64,000 bases of DNA, taken from the NCBI GenBank assembly GCA_002189035.1, contig NEEC01000014.1, forward strand, positions 3,038,001-3,102,000. Direction: 5' to 3'. The notes beneath the pieces were generated by a model. It was not told the origin of the DNA, made no database searches, and saw only the letters and a program-made list of their open reading frames with translations. Origin of the DNA: Utricularia gibba. Its lineage: Eukaryota; Plantae; Magnoliophyta. This document shows positions 25,746 to 38,561 of this stretch, one piece after another (the stretch's first letter is position 1; every line of letters starts with the position of its first letter). A program made the position numbers and the translations under genes.

Positions 25746-26000
25746 ACAGTTCTTGCAAAACTCTTGAGAATGAGGCCCATGACGTTGTTGATGATATGGT
25801 ATTGAATGATACAACAAAAACGTAGCCTCAAAGAAAGTCTAGTCTAGGACTGGGAACAGGGACGCTCTTGGGAGGCAACCCAAGTTTAATTTCTGTTAGT
25901 TTTATTTTCCTGACTTTTTATTTTGCACTTTTAGACTAAGCTAGGAGTTATTTTGTTTTGCTGTGTTCCTGATAAGAAGAAGGGGAAAATATAGCGAAAA

Positions 26001-26700
26001 ATGACCAGCAAGGGCATCCCCTACTTCAAGCAACATGCAGAAATGCTCAATCTCAAGTACCTACACTTTGATGAAGAAGAATTTACAGCCAGGTACAATG
26101 AGGTAAAAGGGGCAAGGGTGTTGCCTTGTCGGGTCATAGATTTCGAAATATTTGTAGAATTGGGCATAGTTACTGAAGTTGATTCAATTTTAGAGGATTC
26201 TGCGATGCTTACTTTATGTGATTTGAACCGTCCTTCTTATGTTGAGTTGATGTATCAATTCGCTTCTACCTTTTGTTATGAGAAACCAGAAACTAAGCTT
26301 GCACCATCAGCCATTATGCTTAAATTTCTAGGAAAGAATTTATCATTATCAATTGCTGATTGGAATGTAGCTTTAGGATTTTGTACATAAAAGCATGTTA
26401 AATCCCATGAATTTGCTACTTCATTGTTTGATTACCTTGATGATTCTAATGTTGAAGAAGTTTATGAAATTTTAATTGATCAACATGTGATGGAATTTAA
26501 ATCCAAAGGGATGAAAGCTGATTTATTTACAGACCTTGCTATGCGATATGTCCACTTGCTTGTTTCTGTTGTGCTGTTTGATTTAATTCTCTTTACAAAC
26601 GTGATTTGTTTGTAAAAGGTTATGCTTTGATAAAATTTCTGAGTTGGAATTTTTGCATGTAGAAACAAAGTTAGCCCCTCTTAATGCTCATTTTCTTAAA
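26001..26700 (+). pseudogene. Athila ORF2 (env-like accessory ORF) remnant
   Basis: F...RYNEVKGARVLPCRVIDF..LGIV..PSYVELMYQFASTF..FLGK.LSLSIADWNVALG, located after the CTTGGGAGGCAACCCAAG motif. Confidence 0.75.
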
Positions 26701-27843
26701 ACTGCTGGACTAATTCGTGCACGAGGAAGTGGATTTGTTTTTAAGTCAATTGCAGGACTTTGTGGGGAGGCACCTCCAATGAAAGAAAAGGGAAAAACCC
26801 CTGATTAGACAGCCATGACCCAAAGGAACGAGAAAGTTTTCTGCTGCACTAAAAGGACTAACATGATATATGATAGGCTCATGAATTTGCTAAGGGAAGT
26901 GAAGGAACTAAAACAGGGAGTGAAGGACTCCTCCCTGACCAAGTAACATCGCTGCATTGCCTTAGTTTTATTTCTATTTTTATTTTTATTTTTATTTTTA
27001 GGGCGTTAGTCTAAGTTAAGTGTAATTTAGTAGTCCGGTACTAGGATCAGGACAATTTTGCAAGCTATTTGAGGAATTTTCATATGCATGCGTGATGATT
27101 TTCATGAAGTACATGATGCATGAATTTGGTTTTAACCATTTGTACACCTGTGAGCATGAATTTTAACCTACTTATGTTTGTGAGGTAGCAACATGTGTGA
27201 TGAATTCTGATTTGTGCAATCGAGATTTTTTTTGTGTAAGCTGACATATTTGGTTCTTTCATGAATACTGGTGGCCGAAAGGCTTGTAGAAAGATAAAAA
27301 AATAGAGGGGGTCAGAAAAGCATCATCACAAGAAAAGCGATGAGACCCGATGTCTTGAAAAGCAACACACAATTAAAAAGCGTGTGTAGACAACAGAGTA
27401 AAGAGAGAAGGAAGGTTATGAGAATGACTCAGAGGAGTAGGAAACCCTCAGGAGAAATAAGGAGAAGAGTGCTTGGCCCACACTCCATATATAAAGGAGG
27501 AGAGCGAAAATTGCCAGAGTTAAGCTTGAAACTTTCCCTACTCTTGATCTCTGTACAAATGAAAAAAAAAGAGATGAAGAAATGAAAAGAGACCACCAGT
27601 ATCGCTTTAAAAACCTAATTGTGTCATGTTAGCTTATTTAATCTTTGAAAGCACTTATTTTGATGAAATTCACATGTATGCTTGAGTGATTACCCGTCTT
27701 GCACACTAACACTCTTTAAATTCTTGCATTCTGGACTTAAATGTTAAGTGTTTCCATGGCTGTTTGGAAATCCCTCAATTGCTTACCTCCTATTAGTCTT
27801 AGTTAGGACTTGAGGACAAGTCTAGTATCGTTGTAGCATAATG

Positions 27844-28341
27844 TGATAACACATATTTTTTAGTAGCTCAATGCATAGAATTTACTCATTTTGCACTACA
27901 AAAATTAAGTTTTATTGCCTAGTTTCGTATTTTTACGCATAAGCACCATAATTGTGTTATTTTAGTCTTAGTTGGGATAAATCTATGATTTAGTCCCAAC
28001 CTTCTAATAGTTTTATTCGAGCAATGCAGTGTAGGTCGCAACACAAATGTCAAGGAGTCAAACATGCACAGTGTAGTGGCAGAAGATGAGTCCAAAAGTC
28101 TGAAAAGTGGTGCACACAAAATCCAAGGAGGAAAAAGGGAGATTTTAAACTAAAAGAGGAAGAAGAAGGAGGGGACGACGAACTAGAAGAACATAGCTTC
28201 TCTTGAGAAATTATTTTCGTTCTTCATGTTTAATGTTCCTAGCTAAGACCAGATTTGGATTTCCTGTGTGAACGAAGTGTCTGTCCTACTTTTGCTTCAT
28301 ATTGTTCGTTGTTTTTTAGCATTTGTAGCCAAGATGTTGCT
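27844..28341 (+). repeat. Athila 3' LTR, truncated
   Basis: Aligns with the 5' LTR from TGATAAC to GATGTTGCT, then switches to inverted family-X sequence. Confidence 0.9.
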
Positions 28342-29130
28342 CCCTCTTGGACGATCGAGAAGATAAGAGGTCCTGCCTTCATACCCTCATGGTCGAATTG
28401 CACACATGTGCCCGTATGTTGCTAATGACCAATGAGTCCAGATATGAGGTTACCTAAGCATGGATCATTCGCAAGGAATACCTAAACATGGATGCCATCT
28501 AACTTAGGAAGCATGATATGAGGAAGACTCAAAAGATAAAAACGCAAAAATACGAAAAAAATACGAAAAATCGTCCGAACACTGAAGTGAGTAAATAGTT
28601 TGTTTGATAGAGAAGAACTCCTCCCTCACACTTAAATCTGAGGATGTCCTCATCATCAAGCATGTTGAAGGGTACCTTAGCAATGACGCTACATGGAGGT
28701 GAGCCAGGTGTCTAGTTTGGATGACAGTGTGCCGATCTTGAGGAGCCACCAGGAGGGTGCGTTTGTCCGGAGATGCAGAGGCGGTCATCAGAGGAACCTC
28801 CGATGAGTCACCGTATGGATCTACAATGATGTGCGGCAACACAGTGGTCTTGCTCTTCGTTACTACCGGGACAAAGATGGCACGGCCTCTAGCTTCCTTG
28901 AGGTGGTACACTGAAAGAGGTCAACCATATCAAGATATCGGAAAGTGAGCCTCTATCTTGGGTGTGTTGGCAATGAGATCCACGTTGAGGTGCATCGCAA
29001 GCTTTGTGATGAGGAAGGCAAATGGAAGTACTTGTTCACTATGCGATGCCATACAATTCATGTGCGTCGCAATCCATTAGCGAAGGTTGATCAGGATCTT
29101 CTCATCATAGTTCCCTCTTTCACCTCAGTT
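28333..29130 (-). mobile_element. Inverted family-X LTR fragment plus upstream ORF2-like remnant
   Basis: The reverse complement of 28333-28466 matches 605-743. The minus frame near 28940-29100 reads INLR.WIATHM..VLPFAFLITKLAMHLNVDL, resembling the C-terminus of Athila-type accessory ORFs. Confidence 0.6.
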
Positions 29131-30219
29131 TCTTCTTCTTCTTTCTCCAAGTCGTCCAGTCTAAATGATATGAAGTTTTTCTTAGGAACTCAAAAACTGT
29201 TTCTGAATGAATGTGAAATAAAAGTAGTTTTAGTAAAAACTTCCTAGCTCCTTCCCCAAAATATCAAATCAAGAAATTCTTTCAGCTAGTAAAACCTATG
29301 GGCATAGAGCTTCGACTTTTATGTTAACAACATAAGCATAAAATAAACCAAGAAACATAGAAATTTTCTTGCTTCGTCTCCTTATGCATGCAAAGTAAAA
29401 CTTCGTCCATTTTCTTCCCCTAATCATCCATTTCTAATGTTTATCCACACCACCCTTGTTGGCATCATGTGCAATTCAATGCTTAACACTTGCTTCCTTC
29501 CAATTGAATCAAATCATGTATGTAGAAATAACAAAATGGTTACTAGTATTCTTTTTTTTTTTACCTCTTCTCCTTTTCTTTGCTCATTCTTAGTGCACCT
29601 AAATTTTTTGAGGTCTTACACTTAGACTAGGAGTAGTGTCCACTAAAGTCTAATTGCTAGTTCTTCTTTTGGAAATATAGCTTCTCCAAATGGATCTCCT
29701 TCTTCTTATCACCTCTTCTACATCTGAAAATCTCCCAAGAATGATCTTGTTGATGGGGCTTGAAGAATTTTTTTTTCCTCCTCATTCTTCTTTTTGGTTG
29801 CATGTGCACCCTTTTCCCTCCTTGTTTTTCGTCTACTAGTCATTTCACCCTTCCTCTTATATATTTTTTATTTGATCATTTCTTGTTGCTAATTGTTCAT
29901 TTTTCCCCATACCCATCTTGTTTATGATAGAAATGGTATTAGTTTGATCTGAACTTTGCTATAAAACTTATTAAATAGAATGCTCTAATTGAATGTAAAC
30001 TAAATTGATAATTTATTTCAGTTTAGTAATAAATTAAATAATTATAATGTTATCAAAATATTCAAAATCATAATTCTCCTAATTTTACTACTATGCATAT
30101 TATTTTTATAATTTCAATCTACAATAGAAATATGTGTTATCAATAAAGGTCTAAGCCAAATTTAGCAGCTACTTCTTGATGTTGTGCCCATTGGAGATAA
30201 ACTCCGGCACACTTGTTTC

Positions 30220-31648
30220 TGTTGGTGTATGTGTTCTAGAGACAATCAATTTATTGGTAAATCTTATCTTTTGATGTTTACATCATTGATAAAATTCTCT
30301 ACTTGATCTATGTGCTATAGAAATTATGATGAGATCATAATGTGAGATTCTTTAAGCACTCATGATCAAGTTAAAACTCCCTGGCTAGAGTATTTGTGAA
30401 ATGAGGATATCACAAATATGGATAAGCTGGCACACATTGAGTTCCCTAAACAGTTTGGGCAATGGTTCTCACAATTGATATAATGAGATTACTAGAACTT
30501 ATATGTGGATGTCGATTAGAGAATCGATTCACTGGATGACTCATCTTCGAGAGGCTACTATGGGAAGCTAACCAAGTGCCAACAGCAAGATCTCGAATAT
30601 GACAACCGTGCAAGTAAGCTTAGACTTGAGGTCAACAAAGTTATCATGATCTTAAGCTCACATTTTCGCTCATTACTATGGGAGCCTAACCATGGCTTGC
30701 CTAATATGGATGAGTAGGGATGTGACTTCTTAAGGTTGGAGATAGTTGATTGATCAATAAAGGATTCATCACTCATGTTAGCGATGAGATCGTTTCTCAA
30801 GTAATTGCATCAAAGCCTAACAATAAGTCCTTGGCCCAGGGTAATGATACTCGAATTGTTTTAAGTAGGTCATTGAGTGTTATTGCTTGAATGCAATTAT
30901 AAGTTCGATACATCAGAAAGACACACACCCATGTTCTGGTATCGAATGAGATATAAGTATGATGAAAGTTGTTCATTGCATGGTGGCTGGTCATGGAAAG
31001 GTTCAATCAGTTCACCTGATTATTCTTTAATCTTGTGGATCATGATATGCTGCTAAACATCACTCATGATCGATAATAATGTATTTGATTAATCAAGAGT
31101 TAATTAATAAATTTATTATTACGGCCTTAATTGAAGAAGCCTATAGGGTCACACACAATAGTGGAGTCACTCATCGATATAAAATAGAATGACACAATTA
31201 CATGAGATGTAATTGGTAAAGTGGATGAATTAAATAGAGAGCTATTTTGAGATTAATATTGATTAAACTCAAAATAAAAGATCTCATGGAGATATGATTT
31301 GATATGTCACAAAATATCTATAAAAAAGATTTAGATTTGAGATCTGCTCCAAGGTCTTCGTGCTCTTTGAGACTGATCCACAAGGAGGCGTTTTTCTCTA
31401 CTAGCACCTGAGAAATTCGACCAGCATTCAAGAGCTTTAAGAAGGTTATCGACGGAGTGCTCCACGTGTGGATACCATAGAGGCCGTTTGCTATTGGCGG
31501 TTGGTGAACAACAGAGTCATCTGAAAGGTATTTTGAACATCCCTTCATCTGATGTATACTGTATTCCAAGATCTACATTTGAGGTTTCTCAAAAAAATTT
31601 TAATTTCCTTTGCTTTTGAGACATACGATGTCTACGAGAAACCCAACA
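30220..31648 (+). mobile_element. Complete Angela-lineage copia LTR followed by a PBS stub
   Basis: TGTTGG...CCAACA inverted termini. The start TGTTGGTGTATGTGTTCTAGAGACAAT resembles BARE-1/Angela LTR starts, and GTGGT follows. Paralogs at 48240-48990 and 57935-58945. Confidence 0.85.
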
Positions 31649-31879
31649 GTGGTTCTACAGTGAATGACCAGAAGGCTTTACTGGGTGCAAACCTAGAGTT
31701 TTATCTGGCTAATTGTGATGTGCATTCTCACGTAAACACAATTAACTCTAAACATCTGAAGCATCCTTGAAGGTGTTTTATTTGGCTAATTGCGGCGTGG
31801 ATACTCACATAAACACAATTAACTCTACACAACATCTGAAGCATCCCTCTAGTCTACGGCTGGGAACTCTGTGTGTGTG

Positions 31880-32550
31880 TGAGTACAAAGGCGTCTCTGA
31901 TTTACAACACATCACCTCTTATGAATAGTTAGAGCCCTCTTCCATCAACACGTACTCCCAATGCAGCACACCATTGTCACTGACACTGATTGTTCTTCTC
32001 ATGTCTAAGTTCAACCATTTACCACTCCTAATATGGCTTTGTCCAGCTGTTGCTAGTCTCATGGAAACCAATGCTGATCAAACATAGTTGGAGTCTATTG
32101 CCATTTTTATGCCGCACTCAATCTCTATTTTTTTTGTTAGTTAGTAAGTGTTTTTGTCATGTATTTATGACAATCCTGCTTCACTGATGGAAATATAGTT
32201 TTTTGTTAAATAACTCTCAAATTTTCCTTTACGATTCAGCCTTACATGCAACCGCAAAGCTTGAGAGTTATGCCTTCAAATTTAACAACCATTTCCCATA
32301 GGAACATCCACAATAGTTCCAGTGCACTCCACAAAATATCCTTGAATAGCATTTCAATCTCATTCTTAAGATTGAAATGCTATTTCTTTCACACAACTGG
32401 AAAAATTCAACCATTTCCTTAGCCTAAATATCATGCAATCCATAAACACATACAATACAATATCCATTTGAAACCATTCGACTGATCTCAACAACTTTCA
32501 AAATTGTGTAAAAGTTGCTAATTCAACTTTCTAACAAAGTTTTGTCACTC
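31880..32550 (-). pseudogene. atp1: Mitochondrial atp1 NUMT, copy B (N-terminal pieces; a later piece at about 30140-30215)
   Basis: TLLES.ISNFYTILKVVEISRMVS..VYGLHDI.AKEMVEFSSCVKEIA, ECTGTIVDVPMG, and ALGVRVDGRG at about 31935-31965. An unrelated spacer of about 300 bp lies between the pieces. Confidence 0.88.
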
Positions 32551-32615
32551 TCTACTATTCCATTCATATGATAAAGTCACAAAATTCCACTGTTCGTAGT
32601 TTATGAGATAGAATC

Positions 32616-32823
<208 letters not shown>

Positions 32824-33143
32824 GCAAGGAAGGAAGATGGGTAGAGTTTTAGGAATCCAAATCTTTATACCTCTATTTATTTGTTACAAGTCTCTGAAAT
32901 TTTATCTGTCAAAAAAAAAAAAACAAACTCTGTCATTCAGTTAAGCCTTTCTTAAAGAATTCTTATTATTAAATGGGGATATGTTGCTCTTAATCACAGC
33001 ATAACAAATAGCAAAACCTCTTCACGCCCAGCCTTCCCATTAGCTTCGTATTACCTTAATTGGTGCCACATTCATACACGACCTAGAATTATAGATTAAC
33101 ACATCCCACATGCAATGCGAATTGGGATATTTTGGGTCCATGC

Positions 33144-36100
33144 TATTGTGTCACAGTTCTCGCTGCAAGTAATAGATGAAGACGAAGAAAGCCTGAGGTG
33201 TGTGTAGCACACTGCCCTTGAGAAATTATTTCAAGAATGATCAAGTAATCACCCAAGGTTCAACAAACTCGTCAATACACACATTGGAATCAGCAGAAAT
33301 GTGATATTTATAAGGAATAAACCATCTTCTGCACTCAAAGAGTCACAACTCTTTGTATACCTTGAGATTTTAAACCTCTCAATGAATGTTAAGGTCTCCC
33401 AAAAGTCTCATTCATAATATTCAAATGGTTATACATGATTAGTATTCCAATGATATTGCTAAAGTCTCTAACAATCCCCCACACATTGGAATACTCATTA
33501 GTGTTTCTTTTCTTCATTCAACTTAGACCATATTGCATGGGTCATGGTGTTCTTTCAAACTATGAACCAAGACTTTAGACATGTGGAATATGTAATACTA
33601 GAGGCACAGTGAAATAAGAATTTTTATGAACCATGCCTCATGGTATATAAAAATGTTCAACAAATCACAATCCAGTCTTGAACTTCATTTCTCAACGCCA
33701 TTTTGCGCCTTTGTAGCCATGCGCAGCCCTGTCTTAATTCATGAAAGCTTTAGAAATTTTTACCATCATTCCATAGAATCAGCCCAACTTCACTTTCACA
33801 TAGGTGGATAATTAATCATCTCCACCATGATTTTCTGTCCATTAAGAGTAAGACTCACCCCTTCATTATTAATGAGCATCTCTTACAACATCGATTTAAG
33901 CTAATTAGGGAAATGCTCCAATATTAATGTATATTTCTTTTTTACCCATATGAATCTACTTCATATTATTCCAATCAAATAGATGGAGTATCCGTATACA
34001 CTAATGATCTAATGGTAATAAACCCATATCCCTTGTTTTCTCAATTAGTTACCTCCTAATGGCTTTGTCAAATGATCAGCCAAGTTCACCTCCGATCTCA
34101 CAAACCAATGTAAACCACTCCATTCTTGAGCAATTGCTTGACAACATTATGTCTCAAGCGAATATGCCTACTTTTACCATTAGTTTTTATTTCTTGCATT
34201 TGCGATTGCCACTTGGTTGCCACAATGTACTAACTTAGAGGTGATCAATCTCTCTTCAATATTTACCTCAATTAAAAGAGTCCTACACCATTTGACTTTC
34301 ACACATGCAAGCTCTAGAGTAATAAATTCCGACTCCATTGTCGAACGAGCTACTAGGGTTTGCATGGTTGACTTTCGAGCCACAGCTCCCCCTCCCATCG
34401 TAAACACATATCCACTATTACATTTTGTATCATTTGAACTAGAATTCCAGTTTGCAATAAAGCCCTCTAAGATTGTTGGAAAACTCATATAGAATATTTC
34501 ATAATCCATTATTCTTTTGATATAACTTAAAAGTCTCACCAAAAGCTCGGCAATGTACTTCACTTGGATTTTTATTATACCTTCAAAGCCTCGAAACTGC
34601 ATATGCCAATATAGTTTGCTAAATGTAGCACACTTCCAATTAGTTGCGCATGGTTTGAGACATAGGCTCTCCCCGATTCTTTACAAGGTTCAAACCAGAA
34701 TCATATGGGGCATTAGCTGGTTTTAAATTAGAATAACCAAACATTTGTAAGATTCTTTCTACATAATGCTTTTGTACCAGCATAATACCATAATTATTTT
34801 TCACAATCTTTAAGACAAGAATCACTTGTTCTCCCAAGTCTTTCATATCAAATGTATTTGATAGAAACTTCATTATGGTACATATAACATCTAGACAAGT
34901 ACCAAAAATTAGCATGTCATTTATGTATAATGTTATGATCACACCATGTCTGTTTTCCTTCTTGAGATATATACATCTATCTACATTAGAAATGACGAAC
35001 CCTTCATTTATTTGTGTGAAATTCATCTTTTCATGCTATTGTTTTGGTGCTTGTTTTAATCCATATAAGGGTTTTCTCAATTTGCATACTTTTGTCATTT
35101 CTTTCTATCATATAACCCTCTTGCTACCACATATAAATTTCCTCTTCTAAATCTCCAATTAGAAAGGTAGTTTTGACATCCATTTGATGTATTATTAATT
35201 TATGTGTGGCTGACATACTTATCAATGCTCGAATTGATGCTATTCTCGTATTAGGAGAAAAGGTGTCAAAGTAATCTATATTTTCCTTTTGAGTGAAATC
35301 TCTTGCAACTAATCTTGCTTTATATTTATCTACACTATCATCAGATAGATATTTCTTTTTGAAAACCCATTTGCTACTGATTGGCTTCCATCCTGGTGAT
35401 TAATCTACAAGATCCCAAGTGTTCTTTATAAATGAGTCTAACTCTAATTTAATGCTTATTTTCCACTTATCATAGTCATGTGACGACATGGCCTCATGAT
35501 ATGTTTTTGGCTCATCATTCACCAAGTACATATAATAATCTCCTCTAAAATCATTTGGAATTCTTCTCCTTTTTCCCATTCATTAGAATGATTAGGTTGA
35601 GGAGGATTCCTCTAAAATAATTTCCCATTCTTTTTTTAATGGAAATTTCGTTTTAAAGAATTCAGCATTCTTTGTCTGAAGAATAGAGTATATGGCTACT
35701 TCATCACTTTTTAATACCAGAAAATGATTGATAGGGAGCCGAATTTTGTGCATATCCAATAAACATGCAGTTATATGTTTGAGACCCAATTTTCCTCTTC
35801 TTCAGTCCCATTAATAGGGCTTTTGCTAAACATCCCCACACTTTCAGATATTTAATATCGGGTGTATACGCTTTCCACATCTCATACAAGGGTCTTGCCA
35901 GTTATGTTATGTGGAATTCTGTTTTTTAAAAGACATACTATTAAGATGGCCTCTGTCCATAAGTTCTCATGAGCGTTTGTTGTGATCATCATGCCATTCA
36001 TCATTTCTTTGACAATTCAATTTTTTTTTCAGTTCTGTCATTACACTCATGCAAGTAAGGTGGAGTTGTTTCATGAACAATTCCATGGTTCTCACAAAAC

Positions 36101-38561
36101 CCATTTTAGGTTTCACGCCTTGATCTGTCTTCAAGCATTTAATTGTCTTGCCCAATTGGTTTTCCACCTCCTTTTTATAAGTGATGAATTTTTTGTGGGG
36201 CTCACTCTTGGATTTAAGAAGATAAAGCTTAGAAAATCTAGAATAATCATCAATAAAGATAATATAATATTTAATATCTCCTCTTGTTTCATGAAACTTC
36301 ATATCACCAATATTGCTATGAATAAATTCAATAGGTTAAGCTTTCCTTTCAGCCTTGTGACACATTTTCTTTTGTTGAAGATGCTTCATTCATTCATTGA
36401 ATCAACATTTAATTACATAGAGACCATGGGATTTGTGTTCCTTTTCCTATAAATATATTATTTTTAGTGAGAATAAATTTCCCACTCTCCAAAGTCATTT
36501 TTATTCTAGCATCATCTTGTATGGAAGCTGACACCAAATTCGACCCCATGCTTGAAACATGAAGCACATCGTTCAAACAGAGAAGTTTTTCAGAGGTGAG
36601 AAGGAGATCCACTTTTCCTTTGCCAGTTGTGTGTGAAGATCCCACTAGAATTTATCTCCCATTAATAACCTCATAATCATTGAAGAATTCTTTAATAAAG
36701 CATGCTTTGTAGCCCCAGAGTCTACAAGCCGCACATCTCTTTGAGTAGAGACAACAGGATGTATTTTAGAAATCATGGCAGCAATGATCTCATCATCTCC
36801 AATAACAAGGTTTGCCTTGTTATTAGAAGGTTTTTTCTTATGCACAAGAGTTTGCCTCATCCAGCATTGATCAGCATAATGATCTGGTTTTGCACAGGCA
36901 AAGTAGTGGCCCTTCTTCTTCTTGAAGTTGGAAGATTTCACACCAAGTGATTTCTCACCTTTGAAAGTAGAGGCATTTTTCTTGATAAATTTAGAATTTT
37001 TATCTTTATCCTTCACAAGGTTTGCTTAGTTTCAAGTTCCTTCCCCAAGATGGCAAGATGCATATCTGATTTCTATGCTATTTTCAATAATGATGTGCTT
37101 CATTACTTCAGAGAGATACATCCTCTTATTCCTGTGTTTGAGTTGCAGCTTGTAGTCATTCCACCATAGAGATAGTTTTTCAATGAGTGTTTCGGCTAGA
37201 AACTCATCAGGTAGTTTGATGTTTTCACCATTCAACACCTCTAACTGATGTTCATGAACGTCCTTATCTTCCATCATTTCCCAGTGATAGAATTTGGAGC
37301 AAGCTTACTTCTGTTTTACTGCATCTTCTGCAATGTACTTTTCCATCATGGATTCCCATATCTTCTTTGAATTTGTGGAGCTTACATAAATGTCAAAGAG
37401 AGAGTTAGTAAGGGAGAATTTATCTCCCATTAATATCCTTCCACCTTTTGTAGTTGGCCCCATTGGATTCTTCGATTCTGGATGTATCAGGATATCTGAT
37501 CATCGCTACTGGTGGATGTATGTTCACTCAAAAGCTCATTGAGATCATCTTGAGCAATACTAGCACCAATTTTTTTTCCTATTATGGATTATATTGATGT
37601 TTTTTTATTGATTATATTAGAATTCATAGCTCACCATTTGTGCAATACCTATAAAACAAATATTCACAAATACATATGCTTTTGATAAAATTTTATTGAA
37701 GGAAAATTCAATACAAGTGAAATTGTAACATTAACGAAATTACAAAATCATCATACTTTTAATAATCATCAATGACATAAAAGCTATTTAACAAACACAC
37801 ATGATAAGAATTGTATGATATAATTAAAAAAAACAAATTAAGTAAGAGCCTTATTATTGATTTCTAGATAATGATTATCTAATGTCATAAATAATCAGCA
37901 TTGAGTGCACGTATGCATTCCGCCACAATGATGACTCTCTTGTCTTGGGGTACTTGTTCTCCTTCTTGAGTATCTTAGCAATGAGAGCCACAGACCGATG
38001 TGATGAGTAGTGGTTCCAAAGGTAATATAAGAGCGTAGGTCCCAATGGTAAAATCATGATGAAAATCAAGGATTGAAAACTAAAGCTAAATGAATTGTGA
38101 CTGATCCCAAAACTTTATTCTCAATTAGGGATAAACCCTGGATGGCTAAATCATATATAGTCAAAGAAAAAATGAGGATTAATAATTCATTATTTTATAA
38201 GGCTATTTTAGTGATTTAATTATAAAATAACTAATATCCAAATATTAATACTATCTAACCAAACAAATTATATCCAAATTATTTAAACTCAATCAATACA
38301 TTTTCGGCCAATCAAACGCTCCCTAAAAGATTATTTGAAGAATGATCTCCCAAGGTCCAACAACCTCATCAACACACACATTGGAATCAGGAGAAATGTG
38401 ATATTTATAAAGAAGAAACCATCTGCTGAACTCAAAGATTCACTCTTCATGTACTTATAGGTTTTAAATCTCTCAATGAATGTTAAGGTTTCCCAAGAGT
38501 CTCATCCATAACTTCAAATGGTTGTACATGATCAGTATTCCAATGGAATTACTAAAGACTC
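33144..38561 (-). mobile_element. Decayed near-full-length Ty1/copia element (gag, protease, integrase, RT, RNase H; two LTRs)
   Basis: LTRs at 33144-33472 and about 38328-38561, with PPT GGGGGAT next to 33472. Motifs: gag IKLPDEFLAETLIEKL..DYKLQLKH, zinc knuckle, VDSGATKH, YYIIFIDDYSR, LYINDMLIFG and ARSTMESEFITL. Putative TSD CATGC/AATGC; copy A shows the empty site GGGTC-AATGC-GACATG. Confidence 0.9.

Larger units (their letters stand above)
21834..28341 (+). mobile_element. Athila-lineage Ty3/gypsy element, non-autonomous (gag-protease-ORF2; no RT/RNase H/integrase)
   Basis: 5' LTR 21834-23021, tRNA-Asp-type PBS, gag, protease, post-pol motif, ORF2, 3' UTR and a truncated 3' LTR 27844-28341. 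Confidence 0.9.
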
